The notes beneath the pieces were generated by a model, which did not search any database, was not told the DNA's origin, and saw nothing but the letters and a program-made list of their open reading frames with translations. The position numbers and the translations under genes were made by a program. From contig JBBPEB010000007.1 in the NCBI GenBank assembly GCA_039096225.1, positions 620,001 through 684,000 on the forward strand: a DNA stretch of 64,000 nucleotides, read 5' to 3'. Position 1 is the stretch's first letter, and each line of letters starts with the position of its first letter. Positions 56,129 through 64,000 of the stretch are shown here, piece after piece. This stretch comes from Blastocystis sp. Blastoise. Taxonomy: Eukaryota > Protista > Bigyra: Opalinata.

Positions 56129-57078
56129 ATGAAGAAGCAAATATTACTCTTTGGATTGTCTGCAAATCCACCTACATTTATTGGAGGTCATCTAAGCATT
56201 GCAAGCTATTTTTCAAGAATATACGATGAAGTATGGATGATTCCAGTATATAGACATCCATATACATCAAAAAGAAAACTGATCAGCTTTGATGAAAGAG
56301 TAGATATGTTGAGATTCTCTATAGATGATTGTAAAGAGATAGTAAACAATAATGTGAAAGTTAGTTTAATAGAAAAAGAAGCATTTGAAGCTTTGTTTCC
56401 TGGAAAATCGTTTGATGATCCATCTATAAGTGTATGATTCTTCATATAATAATGGCTACTGATGATAGTTTGGAACATACAAGCTTATAGAATATATTTA
56501 TACAAAATATCCACAAGAAGAGTATCAATTTCATTTATATTGTGGAACAGATACATTTTTAGATATTCTAGATGGAAAATGGCTTAATGTATATTATTTA
56601 TTATTATGTTTATTATTATGTTTATTATTATGTTTATTATTATTGCTTTTTTATAATTATTTTTATATTCTTTATTATTATTATTATCTATATAGAGTAA
56701 GGAATTAATGGAAATAGTAATTATTGATATATGTATGAGAAAAGGTTATAATGAATCATTTCCACAATTAGAAGATCCTTATCAATATATACATTATTAT
56801 AAAGGTGATACAATAGTTATGGATTCAACAAAACATCCTATATATATACATTGTCCAGAATTAAAAGAAATATCATCGTCATATCCTTTTTTTAATTTAT
56901 TTATATGATTATATTTTTATAGAATTATTTAATAGAATTCACTATTATTTATTATTTAAAATTCTTTAATTATATACATATATTCGTAGTCAGACAGATG
57001 TATCTTCTATTTCTCCATATATATCACCTCAAACATTAAATTATATTTTAAATCATCATCTCTATGGATTTCAATAAT
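56129..57078 (+). CDS. nadD: Nicotinate/nicotinamide-nucleotide adenylyltransferase, NadD-like (HIGH nucleotidyltransferase)
   Basis: FGLSANPPT..GGH, DEVWMIPVYRHP..K, RVDML, CGTDTFLDILDGKW, EISSSYIR and YILNHHLY motifs. Exons 56129-56431, 56469-56588, 56696-56880 and 56978-57078. Confidence 0.85.
56881..56977 (+). other. U12-type (minor spliceosome) AT-AC intron in nadD
   Basis: 5' ATATCCTTTT, branch-like TTCTTTAAT just upstream of a terminal AC. Its removal restores TC|A TAT ATT CGT = ISSSYIR. Confidence 0.88.
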
Positions 57079-57372
57079 TAGTCTCTTTATTTTTTTTTGT
57101 TATTATTAAAGCTATTTTATGTTATTTACTTTATTAAACTACATCTTATTAACGAAAATGCCAATCATATATATTATTCTTAATAAGAACAAGATTTATT
57201 TTATTTTTTGAAGAGTTTTTAATTTTGAATAATTAAAAAAATCAATATCAAAAACAAAACAACACTATAAAAATAAACAAGATATATACAGAAATTAAAA
57301 TTAATATATACATATATATAAACAATTTTTAAACATTAAATAAAAGAATAATATTAAAAAAAAATAGTAAAA

Positions 57373-64000
<6,628 letters not shown>

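Overview
Very AT-rich (~80% by eye), intron-dense eukaryotic DNA read with the standard code. The short GT-AG introns, one AT-AC intron and the expanded BTB/TLDc families suggest an AT-rich Blastocystis-like stramenopile; this is inference. Core genes are a full ATM/Tel1 kinase (36067-50540, -), a bacterial-type NadD (56129-57078, +) that splices in frame only through a U12 AT-AC intron, and the 3' part of an ASCC3/Slh1 helicase (57373->64000, -). The accessory content is four BTB-BTB-TLDc paralogs, two BTB/LRR-like paralogs, a Ser/Thr/Pro-rich gene and pseudogene fragments. Non-autonomous mobile DNA: a Mutator-like MITE (8674-9966, 9-bp TSD); a 7.2-kb CACTA element (16954-24150, 12-bp TIR, ATA TSD) carrying decayed host exons, including a fibro-slime/PA14 fragment; a Helitron 3' end (31566); and a 1.5-kb element ending in a Y-shaped hairpin with tandem G.A mismatches (51268-52797). 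The best candidates for undescribed biology are (i) a GC-rich palindromic motif TTCCCRYG(GGAA) saturating the ATM gene and also seen in ASCC3, (ii) the Y-hairpin element, (iii) the Pack-CACTA and (iv) introns bracketed by self-complementary (TA)n. All counts and splice models were made by eye.
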